Origin: an uncultured bacterium | GTDB lineage: Bacteria; DAOPZR01 | DNA: 35,946 nucleotides | Direction of reading: 5' to 3' | NCBI GenBank assembly: GCA_964637655.1 | Contig: CAZWUZ010000006.1 | Coordinates: 1 to 35,946 of the forward strand | In this document: piece after piece, positions 17,435 through 25,880 of the stretch | Position numbering within the stretch: position 1 is the first letter of the stretch | Layout of the letters: each line of letters begins with the position of its first letter | Translations under genes and position numbers: made by a program | Notes under the pieces: model-generated | The model's database searches: none | Seen by the model: only the letters and a program-made list of their open reading frames with translations | Told to the model about the DNA's origin: nothing

Positions 17435-18177
17435 CAGGCGTGTCCGGTCGTGGCGGTGAGGAATTGCCGGATGGTCTCCGGGGCCGGTCCGGAAGTAACG
17501 AGATGGCCGTGGTCGAGCCAGATAACCCGGTCGCACAGGGCCTCCACCGCGGGCATCATGTGCGAGACGATGATGATGGTCTTGTGCTGACGCTTGAGGT
17601 CGAGGATATGGGCGCTGCACTTCTCCTGAAAGGCGGGGTCGCCCACAGCGATGATTTCATCGATGAGCAGCAAATCGAAGGGGACATGGATGGCGATGGC
17701 GAAACCGAGGCGCAGGCACATGCCCGACGAATAGGTATAGAGCCGGGTGTTGATGAAATCGCCCAGGCCGGAAAATTCGACGATGGCGGAAAAGCGCGCG
17801 TCGATTTCCGCGCGGGTCAGCCCGAGGATACTGGCGTTGAGGTAAACATTCTCGCGCCCGGTCAGTTCGGGATGGAAACCCGCCCCGAGCTCGAGCAGTG
17901 AGGAAATCGCGCCGTTGACCGCGACGCCGCCCGCGGTCGGGGTGGTGACTCCGGCGATCGCCTTGAGCATGGTACTCTTGCCGGAACCGTTGGAGCCGAT
18001 AATGCCGAGGCATTCGCCGCGCGCGGCGGTAAAAGACACGTCACGCAGCGCCCAGAACTCACGGAATGTGCCGACGCCGATGAGCGCGGGCAGCACGGAG
18101 CGGATAAGCGACGGCTTCTCGAAGTACACCCGGTAGCGCTTGCTGACGCCGGCGACGGCGAGGACAGGGTCAGACAT
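17434..18177 (-). CDS. wzt: ABC-2 type polysaccharide/glycan exporter ATP-binding protein (Wzt/KpsT/TagH-like), short form without C-terminal carbohydrate-binding domain
   Basis: Walker A GSNGSGKST, ABC signature YSSGM, Walker B LLLIDE. 247 aa, i.e. the nucleotide-binding domain only. ATG at 18175-18177 (minus) overlaps the wzm 3' end by 8 nt. Confidence 0.9.
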   Translation of the reverse strand: MSDPVLAVAGVSKRYRVYFEKPSLIRSVLPALIGVGTFREFWALRDVSFTAARGECLGIIGSNGSGKSTMLKAIAGVTTPTAGGVAVNGAISSLLELGAGFHPELTGRENVYLNASILGLTRAEIDARFSAIVEFSGLGDFINTRLYTYSSGMCLRLGFAIAIHVPFDLLLIDEIIAVGDPAFQEKCSAHILDLKRQHKTIIIVSHMMPAVEALCDRVIWLDHGHLVTSGPAPETIRQFLTATTGHA

Positions 18178-18946
18178 GGTCGGCCAGGTTGTGCCGCAGG
18201 CGGCGGAAGACCAGCCAGCCGCCGAACCCGAAGAAGAGGCAGACGGCGATGGTGAAGGTGGTTAGTTGCCGCGAGGGGAACATGCCGTTGATGATCAGGT
18301 CGCGGTAGAGCACGGTGAGCCCCGCCATGGGATTGAGCAGGAAAATGTAGAGCAGCTGCTTGGAAATGCCCTGCACCAGTTCGAGCGGGTAGAAGATCGG
18401 GGTCAGGTAAAACCATAACAGCAGGGCGATTTCGACGACATAGCGGGTGTCGCGGCAATAGACCTGCGCCGCCGCCACCACGAGGGCGAGGCCGAGGGTG
18501 AAAACCAGTTGCAGCAGCATGACCAGCGGCACCGCCAGCAGATACCACGACCAGCGGATATCGAAAAGCAGTAAAACCAGCATGGACAGGGCAAAATTGA
18601 TGAAATTGGCCAATACCACCGAGGCGGGCAGTAGTTCCCGGGGAAAACGGACCTTTTTTATCAGGTTGCCGTTATCGACTATGCTGCCGACCACTGTGGC
18701 GATGGTGAGGGAAAAGAAGGTCCAGGGGAAGAGCCCGGCGAGCAGGAAGGTCGGGGTGATGTCGAATTTCATCAGGTACTTGAAAACGATGAGAAAGACA
18801 CCCATGAGCGCGAGCGGCACGACCAGCGACCAGAGGAAACCCAGCCAGCTGCTCTTGTAGCGGACCTTGAGTTCCTTGAAGGCGAGGGTGCAGAGCAGCT
18901 CCCAGCGCTGCCGCCACCCCGGTGCGGTCGTCTGCATGGGGGCCAT
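18170..18946 (-). CDS. wzm: ABC-2 type transporter permease (Wzm-like)
   Basis: Hydrophobic 6-TM protein with the ABC-2 permease signature region (FLWSLVVPLALMGVFLIVFKY..., LNPMAG). Start chosen at ATG 18944-18946 (MAPMQTT), after the upstream stop at 18970. ATG 18937 is also possible. Confidence 0.8.
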   Translation of the reverse strand: MAPMQTTAPGWRQRWELLCTLAFKELKVRYKSSWLGFLWSLVVPLALMGVFLIVFKYLMKFDITPTFLLAGLFPWTFFSLTIATVVGSIVDNGNLIKKVRFPRELLPASVVLANFINFALSMLVLLLFDIRWSWYLLAVPLVMLLQLVFTLGLALVVAAAQVYCRDTRYVVEIALLLWFYLTPIFYPLELVQGISKQLLYIFLLNPMAGLTVLYRDLIINGMFPSRQLTTFTIAVCLFFGFGGWLVFRRLRHNLADHV

Positions 18947-18969
18947 TGTAGCGTCGGGAACGCGGGCTG

Positions 18970-19830
18970 TCAACGCGGGCGGGGGAGAAACGCGGCCAGC
19001 CAGGCGGCGGGATAGAATAGTGAGGCACCGCGTGTGGCCGGCAGGTCGGTCAGCGCGCGGAGCAGCGACCAGCCGAGCAGCCACACTTCATGCCATAGCA
19101 GGCGCGGCAGGCGGCGGGCAAGTTCTGCGGCGGGCAGTTTCAGCAGCATGCGCCGCCGCGCATATTCCTGCCGGTAGAACCGGCGCAGCGAACGCTGCCG
19201 CCCCATCGTGCCGCCCCACGCGTGCGTGGCGGTGAATGACGGATGCACGGCGACCGTGTGCCCAGTGCGACGCAGCCGCCACGACAGGTCGACATCCTCG
19301 TAATACCACAACCGGGTATCCCAGCCGCCGGCAGCGTCGACCGCGGCGCGGCGCCAAAGCGCGCAGGCGCTGCAGAGCGCGTCGACGGCAACCGATGCCG
19401 TGGCGGCCGGGGGCGCCAGCAACACGGTCGTGGCGGCGGGAGTGATCCGGGCGCCGGCGTTGTGCACGGTGCCGTCAGGGCAGCGCAGCACCGGCTGCAC
19501 CGCGGCGAGCGCCGGGTCGGTGTCGAGCGCGGCCACCATGCCGGCCAGCGTTGCCGCGTCGATGACCGCGTCGGTGTCAAGGGTGAGCACGTATGGCGCG
19601 CTCCCTTGCGCCCACGCGGCGGCGCGCGCGGCGGACGGGCCACCGCGCCGCGGCAGGCGCATGACCTGCACGCGCATGTCATGCGGCAGCGCCTCCGCGG
19701 TGCCGTCGGTCGAAACATCGTCGCCGACAGTGATGGCGGCGACGCCGGGCAGCGGCAGCAATTGCGGCAGCAGCGCCGCGAGGCGGTCGCGCTGGTTATG
19801 CGCGGGAATGACGATATCGATGGTGGTCAT
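18970..19830 (-). CDS. GT2 family glycosyltransferase
   Basis: Begins at MTTIDIVIPAHNQ, with DDVSTDGT (the D-x-D region) and later YYEDVDLSWR, all typical of the GT-A/GT2 fold. The ATG overlaps the upstream stop (ATGA at 19827-19830). The track N-extension to 19974 is rejected. Confidence 0.8.
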   Translation of the reverse strand: MTTIDIVIPAHNQRDRLAALLPQLLPLPGVAAITVGDDVSTDGTAEALPHDMRVQVMRLPRRGGPSAARAAAWAQGSAPYVLTLDTDAVIDAATLAGMVAALDTDPALAAVQPVLRCPDGTVHNAGARITPAATTVLLAPPAATASVAVDALCSACALWRRAAVDAAGGWDTRLWYYEDVDLSWRLRRTGHTVAVHPSFTATHAWGGTMGRQRSLRRFYRQEYARRRMLLKLPAAELARRLPRLLWHEVWLLGWSLLRALTDLPATRGASLFYPAAWLAAFLPRPR

Positions 19831-20633
19831 CGGGACACCAGCAGGCGCAGCGCCGCCAGCCAGCGGCAGGGCAACGTCAGCAGCAGCGGCCAGAGCAGTG
19901 CGGGTGCGTCGAGACAGCGGCGCGCCACGGCCGGCAGGTTGAGCAGTGGCAGCAGCCAGCAGCGCATGAACCATGGCAGCCCGTGCCGGCGGCGCACGAG
20001 ATGCTCAAAGTAATGGTAGCGGTAGAGCAGTCGGCAGAAGGAGACGATGGTGTCAGCACGGTGATGCTCCGCCCGCGCGGCTGCGCTGCGCTGCAGCGTC
20101 AGTCCGCGCGCCCGCAGCCGCCGCCCGAGATCATAGTCCTCGCCGTTGCTGCGGTAGCGTTCGTCGAACCCGCCGGCGGCACGCAGCGCCTCCGTGCGAT
20201 AGAGCACGCAGAGGCCGGGCAGGAACGCGAGCGGCTCCGGCGGCTGCTGCGCGAGGAAACGCGCGCGGAACCGGTCGTAGACGGTGCAGGCGACTGCCTC
20301 GCTGATGGTCGCGCCGCACCCGGCGGCATCTGCCGGCAGCGTGGCACCGAGCTGCGCGAGGCAATCCGGCGCGGGAACGACATCGGCATCGATGAAGAAA
20401 AGGAGGTCGCCGGTGGCCGCCGACAGCGCGGTGTTGCGCGCCGCGGCGAGCCCGCGATTGGTCTCGTGGCGCAGCAGGCGGACACCATCGGGGACCGTGA
20501 GCGGCGGCACCGAGCCGTCGTCAACCACGATGATCTCTGCCGGGGACAGCGTCTGTGCCTGCAGTGCCGCCAGCGCGCGCGGCAGGTGCTCCGGCTGATT
20601 GCGCACGCAGAGGGCGGCAGTGACGGATGCCAT
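19827..20633 (-). CDS. GT2 family glycosyltransferase
   Basis: Motifs SVTAALCVRNQ, IIVVDDGS, FIDADV and NGEDYDLGRRL indicate GT-A/GT2. The ATG overlaps the upstream stop (TGATG at 20631-20635). Confidence 0.8.
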   Translation of the reverse strand: MASVTAALCVRNQPEHLPRALAALQAQTLSPAEIIVVDDGSVPPLTVPDGVRLLRHETNRGLAAARNTALSAATGDLLFFIDADVVPAPDCLAQLGATLPADAAGCGATISEAVACTVYDRFRARFLAQQPPEPLAFLPGLCVLYRTEALRAAGGFDERYRSNGEDYDLGRRLRARGLTLQRSAAARAEHHRADTIVSFCRLLYRYHYFEHLVRRRHGLPWFMRCWLLPLLNLPAVARRCLDAPALLWPLLLTLPCRWLAALRLLVSR

Positions 20634-21877
20634 CAGTTCCTTCCGGCCCGGCGCTGTGCGACCAGTTCCGCGTAGAGCGCGCGGTAGGCGTCGGCGACAT
20701 GCACCCAGGTGTGGCGGGCGGTGACCAGTTCGCGGCCGGCGCGGCCGAGGCGCGCGCGTTGCGCATCGTCGCCGGCCAGTTCCTGCATGATGGTCGCGAG
20801 TGCGGCGGCGTCGTCGGGCGGCACGAAGCGTGCCGCATTGCCGTCGGCACCGGCGAGGTCGCGTTGCGGCGGCGCCTCGGCGAAGACCACCGGCAGTCCG
20901 GCAGCCCAGGCGTCGAGCGCGGCGATGCCGAACGAATCGGTGACGGTCGGATAGAGAAACACGTCGGCGGCGGCGTAGAGCTGCGCCTTGTCTTCCCCGG
21001 GAAAATCGGGGACGAGGGTAAGCCGCGCGCGTGCCGTCGCCGGGAGGCGTTCTGCTGCGGCGTGCACTTCTGCTGCGTACGGGCTGCGCGTGCTCCCCGC
21101 GAGCAGCAGGTGGCAGTCGGTGCCGGCGGCAACGCAGCGGGCGAAGGCGTCGAGGATGAGCGGCAGTCCCTTGCCCGGAATGAACTGCCCGGCATACAGG
21201 AACACCGTGCCATCAAGCCGCCAGCGCGTGCGGGCGGCGCTGCGGTCGACGCCGTCCGTCCAGCCGGGGTCGGCACCCGCGGCGATGAGGTGCACACAGT
21301 CAGCGGCGACGCCGTTGCGGACAGCACACTCGCGCTCGAATGGCGTGTGTGCGACATAGGCAGCAGCGCGACGGGTGAACCGCCAGGTGTACGGGTGGCG
21401 GTGCAGCGGCTCGCGGTCATGGTAGGCCCCGACGAGCACCAGCGGAGTACCGGTCAGCGGCGCCAGCCATGCCGCGGCAGGCATCTGCAGGCAGGGGAAG
21501 GTGGTCGCCATGACGATGTCGTGACAGCCGTGCAGCAGGCGGGGGAGGAGCGCAGGCATACGCGGTCCGAAACGGACGTAGCGCAGATGCGCGCCCGTCA
21601 TCCCGTCGCCACAGAAGGCGATGGCCCGGTCGAGCCACCGGGTGCCCCCGCGCCAGGTGCGCAGCCGCTCCACCCGCACGCCGTTGATGACCTCCACGCC
21701 GCAGGGTAATCGCTCGCGCTGCGGCAGATTGAAATCATCGCAGCAACAGCCGTCCGGGCAGAGTACGGTGACCCGGTCTCCGTGACGGTTGACCAGCAGT
21801 TCTGATACACGTTGTACGCGGTATTCACTCCCCCCCCGCGCTGGCGCGTACCCCTGAACGATATGCAGGATATCCAT
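20633..21877 (-). CDS. GT4 family glycosyltransferase (first gene of minus-strand operon)
   Basis: MDILHIVQGYAPARGG is a GT4 N-terminus. C-terminal motif YPTVTDSFGIAALDAWAAGLPVV (E-x7-E-like region). ATG at 21875-21877 (minus). Confidence 0.8.
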   Translation of the reverse strand: MDILHIVQGYAPARGGSEYRVQRVSELLVNRHGDRVTVLCPDGCCCDDFNLPQRERLPCGVEVINGVRVERLRTWRGGTRWLDRAIAFCGDGMTGAHLRYVRFGPRMPALLPRLLHGCHDIVMATTFPCLQMPAAAWLAPLTGTPLVLVGAYHDREPLHRHPYTWRFTRRAAAYVAHTPFERECAVRNGVAADCVHLIAAGADPGWTDGVDRSAARTRWRLDGTVFLYAGQFIPGKGLPLILDAFARCVAAGTDCHLLLAGSTRSPYAAEVHAAAERLPATARARLTLVPDFPGEDKAQLYAAADVFLYPTVTDSFGIAALDAWAAGLPVVFAEAPPQRDLAGADGNAARFVPPDDAAALATIMQELAGDDAQRARLGRAGRELVTARHTWVHVADAYRALYAELVAQRRAGRN

Positions 21878-22032
21878 GTCGCTGCAAGCATAGCATTTTT
21901 CCTTTTCCCTGTCGTGTCATTTTTTTTTGCCTGCGCAGATTGGGAAGTTGTACACATCTCGCAATGCCACGTACTATTACGTTTGCATGAAGTTTTATAA
22001 CAAATGGTAGTATTTTTTCAACAATTACTGGT
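21878..22032. promoter_or_regulatory. AT-rich divergent intergenic/promoter region with a T9 (A9) homopolymer
   Basis: A 155-bp region of markedly lower GC than the flanking ORFs. It separates the minus-strand glycan operon (start 21877) from the plus-strand sulfatase-like genes (start 22033). Contains the T run 21920-21928 and several TTGxxx/TAxxAT-like hexamers on both strands. Confidence 0.6.
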
Positions 22033-23085
22033 ATGCGGTGTACCTGGAAGAAAACCGCCTTGCTGGGTATCGCAGTGATGCTGATGGCGGGCGTGTTCCT
22101 GCCGGATGCGCTCAGGGCCTCACGGCGGCGCATGGTAGTGGTACTGGTGACGGTTTCCGGACTAACCTACGATGCAGTGGTTGCCAGTCAGTCGCAGAGC
22201 ATGCCGCAACTGCGAGAGCTGATGCGGACCGGGGCATTGTTCACGAACGTGTACGCTCCGGCTGACAATGCCGCAGCGTCTCTTGCCTCGCTGCTTACCG
22301 GTATGAGTGTGCCGGAACATGGCGTGTGGGAAAAGGGGGATGTGCTGCTGAACAGCGTGCCGCTGCTGCCTGATGACTGGCGGCGACGCGGGATGCCGAC
22401 AGCGGCATTCAGCAATTCACCGCTGCCGCTGACGACCAGCCTGACCCACGGGTTTGCAGTCGCTCCGCCGCCGGCGATGGATGCCGCGCAGGTGAACGGC
22501 ATGGTGGCGGCATGGCTGGCGGAGCATCCTGCCGGTGGCACACCGCCGGCGCTCTGGGTGCACTACCGGGATGTGCTTACAGTTTCCGGTGGTGCGGAAG
22601 CGTTGCGCATGACCGATTACCACATCGGCAAACTGCTAACGGTACTCCGGCACGCCGGGTACCATCAGGGCAACACCATGTTTCTCGTTGCCGGGGTGCC
22701 CGGACCGGCGGCAGGCGGTGCACCTGCCGACCGGTTGTGCCGCGAAGTGGTGCACGTGCCGCTGGTCTGGTCGGTGCCCGGCGGGCGGCGGCAGGCGCGC
22801 CCTGAACTGCGGTCACTGGCCGACGTGCCGGCGCTGTTGCGGGCGGAACTGGACGGGTTGCCCTGGCCGTTGCCCGCGGCGGAAGTGTTCGCTACCGCCG
22901 GCGGCGCCCGCAGCGGCCGCCTGCACCTGGCGGCGATCAGTCCGGGCCGGTTTGCGGTTGACCAGGCCGCGACTGAACTCTCCCCGGCCGGGCAGGCATT
23001 TCACGCGCGCCAGCTGGCGCGTTCGCCGCTGCTGACCGCAGCGCGGCGCAGCGAAACACTGCGCGCCACCGGCTACCTGCACTGA
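22033..23085 (+). CDS. sulfatase-fold (alkaline phosphatase superfamily) protein, predicted catalytically inactive paralog; N-terminal signal/TM
   Basis: Collinear with the next gene but with active-site blocks degenerated. VVLVTVSGLTYDAV replaces the metal-binding DTxRADH block, APADNAAASLASLLTG replaces the nucleophile motif, and LVAGVPG replaces TADHGE. N-terminal hydrophobic segment KKTALLGIAVMLMAGVFL. Confidence 0.6.
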   Translation: MRCTWKKTALLGIAVMLMAGVFLPDALRASRRRMVVVLVTVSGLTYDAVVASQSQSMPQLRELMRTGALFTNVYAPADNAAASLASLLTGMSVPEHGVWEKGDVLLNSVPLLPDDWRRRGMPTAAFSNSPLPLTTSLTHGFAVAPPPAMDAAQVNGMVAAWLAEHPAGGTPPALWVHYRDVLTVSGGAEALRMTDYHIGKLLTVLRHAGYHQGNTMFLVAGVPGPAAGGAPADRLCREVVHVPLVWSVPGGRRQARPELRSLADVPALLRAELDGLPWPLPAAEVFATAGGARSGRLHLAAISPGRFAVDQAATELSPAGQAFHARQLARSPLLTAARRSETLRATGYLH

Positions 23086-23086
23086 T

Positions 23087-24493
23087 ATGCCGTCGCTGGC
23101 CCGCGCGACCCGGTTTTTCGTTGTGGTGCTGCTGCTGGCGGCCGGTATCATCGCGGGGTGGTGGCTGCAGCGCACACCGGAACCCGCCGCGGACGATACC
23201 CCCTCCTGCATCATCCTGCTCAGCATGGACACGGTGCGTGCTGACCATCTCTCACTCTACGGGTATGCGCGTCCAACGACTCCGCAGCTTGCGGCACTGG
23301 CTGCGGAGGCGGTGACTTTTACGCGGGTGTTGAGCCCGGCCCCGGCCACGGCACCGGCGCATATGTCAATGCTGACCGGGGTTTCGCCGGCGGTACACGG
23401 GGTCTACAATTACGGGGGCGGTGCGGTGCGACGGGTAGCGCCGTCGCTGCCGCTGCTCACCACGCTGCTGCGGCAGCACGGCTACCGGACGGAAGCGCTG
23501 GTCAGTTCGCCCAATGTCGGTGCGGAACTCGGGTTTGCCACGGGCTGTGACGGCTTCAGCGAGGATTTTTTCGCCTGCGGGCGGCTGTATGATGATGCCG
23601 GGCGCACGGAACGCGAGGAGGAGCAGCGGCTGCGCGACCTGCTGACGCGGGGCGGACGGGAGGAGAAACTCTTCCTGTTCCTGCACCATTATTTCTGCCA
23701 CCGCGTCTACCTCGCCCCTCCCGCGGCGTATCGTGAACGGTTCGCGGCAGCATTGCTGCCGGGCCTGCCGCGCAGCATTGCCGACGTGCGCCGCCAGGGC
23801 ACGGGAAATGACGACCATGATTTTTTCTCCCGGTTTGACGGCGGCACTGCCGCGCAGCGGGAGCATGTCGTGGCGCTGTATGACGGCACGCTTGCCTATG
23901 CCGACCATGTCGCCGGCATGCTCGTGCGCCTGCTGCACGAAACGGGGCGCTACGACCGCACCCTGCTGGTGGTTACCGCCGACCATGGCGAGGAGTTCAT
24001 GGAGCACGGGAGTTGGGGACATGACCAGCTGTACCGCGAGCATCTCGATGTTCCGCTGCTGGTGAAACTTCCGGGCCAGCGTGCCGGCGGCCGGCGGTAT
24101 GAGATACCGGTGTCCACGCTCGCGCTTGCCCCGACGATTCTCGCCGCTGCCGGCCTGCCCGTTCCCGCCCATATGCAGGGGCAGGTGCTGCCGCCGCTGG
24201 CGGATTCCCCGGCGGCGCGTCCGCTGGTTGCCTACCAGAACAGTGGTGATGAGCAGGGCAGAGATGTTGTTACCGGCATGCGGGTGGAAGATGGCGGGTA
24301 CGCGTGGTACTGGCACAACGGTGACAGCACCAGCGCGCGGTTGCATCTGCTGACGGATACCATGGAGCAGCATGACCTGGCGGGGGTGCGCCCGGAAATC
24401 GCGGCGCGGATGCGGACGCAGGCGGCAGCGCTGCTGGAGGAAGACCGCGCCTGCCGGGCACAGCTGGAAGCGGCACTCTCCGGCGAAGAGTGA
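23087..24493 (+). CDS. sulfatase-fold (alkaline phosphatase superfamily) hydrolase/transferase with T-x-P-x-H in place of sulfatase C/S-x-P-x-R
   Basis: ILLSMDTVRADHLSLYGY is the metal-binding block, SPAPATAPAHMSMLTG is the nucleophile block with Thr/His, and LVVTADHGEEFMEHGSWGH is the conserved DHGE block. N-terminal TM FFVVVLLLAAGIIAGWW. Confidence 0.75.
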   Translation: MPSLARATRFFVVVLLLAAGIIAGWWLQRTPEPAADDTPSCIILLSMDTVRADHLSLYGYARPTTPQLAALAAEAVTFTRVLSPAPATAPAHMSMLTGVSPAVHGVYNYGGGAVRRVAPSLPLLTTLLRQHGYRTEALVSSPNVGAELGFATGCDGFSEDFFACGRLYDDAGRTEREEEQRLRDLLTRGGREEKLFLFLHHYFCHRVYLAPPAAYRERFAAALLPGLPRSIADVRRQGTGNDDHDFFSRFDGGTAAQREHVVALYDGTLAYADHVAGMLVRLLHETGRYDRTLLVVTADHGEEFMEHGSWGHDQLYREHLDVPLLVKLPGQRAGGRRYEIPVSTLALAPTILAAAGLPVPAHMQGQVLPPLADSPAARPLVAYQNSGDEQGRDVVTGMRVEDGGYAWYWHNGDSTSARLHLLTDTMEQHDLAGVRPEIAARMRTQAAALLEEDRACRAQLEAALSGEE

Positions 24494-25783
24494 TCAGGCG
24501 TCCTGCAGCAGAATCTTGACCTGGCCGGGGAGCAGGTGGTACTCGAAGTGGCTGCCGATTTCCGCCACGCGGTGCTCGGGTGACACGTCGCGCACCGCGC
24601 CGCGGCGCTGGAACGGGGCGCTCACGTCATGCAGGCAGACGCGCTGATGCGCGCCAAGGTCGCGGTTGACGAGCAGCAGCGCCTGCTGCCGGCGGTCGCG
24701 GCTCACCTTGCGCAGCGCCAGCACGTTCCCTGAGCCGATGAGCGGCACCACGGTCGCGAAACTGTCCTCGTGCAGCACCCGGTGCTCTTTTTTGACCGCC
24801 AGCAGCGCGGTGATGAACGGCGACAAATCGACGTCTGTCTGCTCGCGGTCTGTCGGGCGCGTGCGTACCACATGGAGTTTCTGCCGGTAGCCGAACTCCG
24901 TCCCCTGCGTCAGCATGAAACCCGCCGACCAGCAGGCGGTGAACGCCAGCCGCTGCTTGACCGCCTCGACGTTGCCGCTGCAGTCCGCCAGCAGGCGCGG
25001 GGTATCATGCGATTCGGCGAAACTGATGCTCGGCACATCGCGCACGAAGACGAGGTACTCGTGCTGCTGCTGCAGCAGCCACTCGTCGCGGAAATTCCAG
25101 TACTTGCTGCTGTTGAAGGTGAAATCGAACCCCGCCCCCGCCAGCGCGATGCTCTGGTCCACCGTGCAGCCCAGCGACTCGGCGAGGAAAAGCGTTTCGC
25201 GCCGCTGCCGCGCGTCGGCGATCAGATCACCCCACACCCCGGCGGGTACCTGATAGGCGGCGTCGCAGCGGAAACCGTCGGCGCCCAGTTCCTGCAGCCA
25301 GGCAATCAGTTTGTGCCAGTAGACCGTCAGTTCACGCCGGGCTTTCGCGTCGGTGTAGTCAAGTTCCGCCAGGTCGCCCCACTCCACCCACCTGCCGTTG
25401 TCGAGCGCCCCGGGATGAGCAATCTTCCCGTCCGGCTTCCGCTGGTACCAGTGCGGGTGCTGCGTGACGAGCGGGGAATCGAAGGCGGTGTGGTTGATGA
25501 CCAGGTCGAGGATGACCCTGAGTCCCGCCTTGTGCGCCGCGGCAAACGTGTTGCGCAGCGTGCCGAGCGGGTTGCAATCACCCTCGACGAGCAGCGGGTG
25601 CAGACGGTAGTAGTCGGCCACCGAGTAGAGTGACCCCGAGTAGCCGGGCTGGTGAATGGGGTTGAGGTAGACGGCGTTGCAGCCGAGCGCGGCGATACGC
25701 GGAAATTCCGCCGCCCAGGTGCGTACCGGGCCGGCCAGCAGCGGAAACAGGTTGTAAAGCAGCAGCGGTTCGCGGTCGGCCAT
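24494..25783 (-). CDS. GH13 alpha-amylase family protein (glucan hydrolase or transglycosylase)
   Basis: GH13 blocks LDLVINHTA (region I), GFRCDAA (region II, catalytic Asp), EFGY/FAESHD-type later blocks. Start at ATG 25781-25783 has GAGGTG 9 nt upstream. An alternative ATG at 25816 has a poor SD. Tail-to-tail with the sulfatase-like gene, no spacer. Confidence 0.8.
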   Translation of the reverse strand: MADREPLLLYNLFPLLAGPVRTWAAEFPRIAALGCNAVYLNPIHQPGYSGSLYSVADYYRLHPLLVEGDCNPLGTLRNTFAAAHKAGLRVILDLVINHTAFDSPLVTQHPHWYQRKPDGKIAHPGALDNGRWVEWGDLAELDYTDAKARRELTVYWHKLIAWLQELGADGFRCDAAYQVPAGVWGDLIADARQRRETLFLAESLGCTVDQSIALAGAGFDFTFNSSKYWNFRDEWLLQQQHEYLVFVRDVPSISFAESHDTPRLLADCSGNVEAVKQRLAFTACWSAGFMLTQGTEFGYRQKLHVVRTRPTDREQTDVDLSPFITALLAVKKEHRVLHEDSFATVVPLIGSGNVLALRKVSRDRRQQALLLVNRDLGAHQRVCLHDVSAPFQRRGAVRDVSPEHRVAEIGSHFEYHLLPGQVKILLQDA

Positions 25784-25880
25784 CAGGGCACCTCGTCGTC
25801 GGGATATGCGCAGCATACCTTGCCCGTTCCGCTACCGTCAACCGTAGTGCCGGAGAAAAGAAGAAAAGAGAGAAGAAAAG

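Noticed and set aside
22033-24493. Possibility that the nearby SPASM rSAM (6843-8048) is an anaerobic sulfatase-maturating enzyme for these sulfatase-like genes
   Set aside because: Neither sulfatase-fold protein has the C/S-x-P-x-R formylglycine motif, so there is no substrate for an anSME. The rSAM is also in a different operon 14 kb away.
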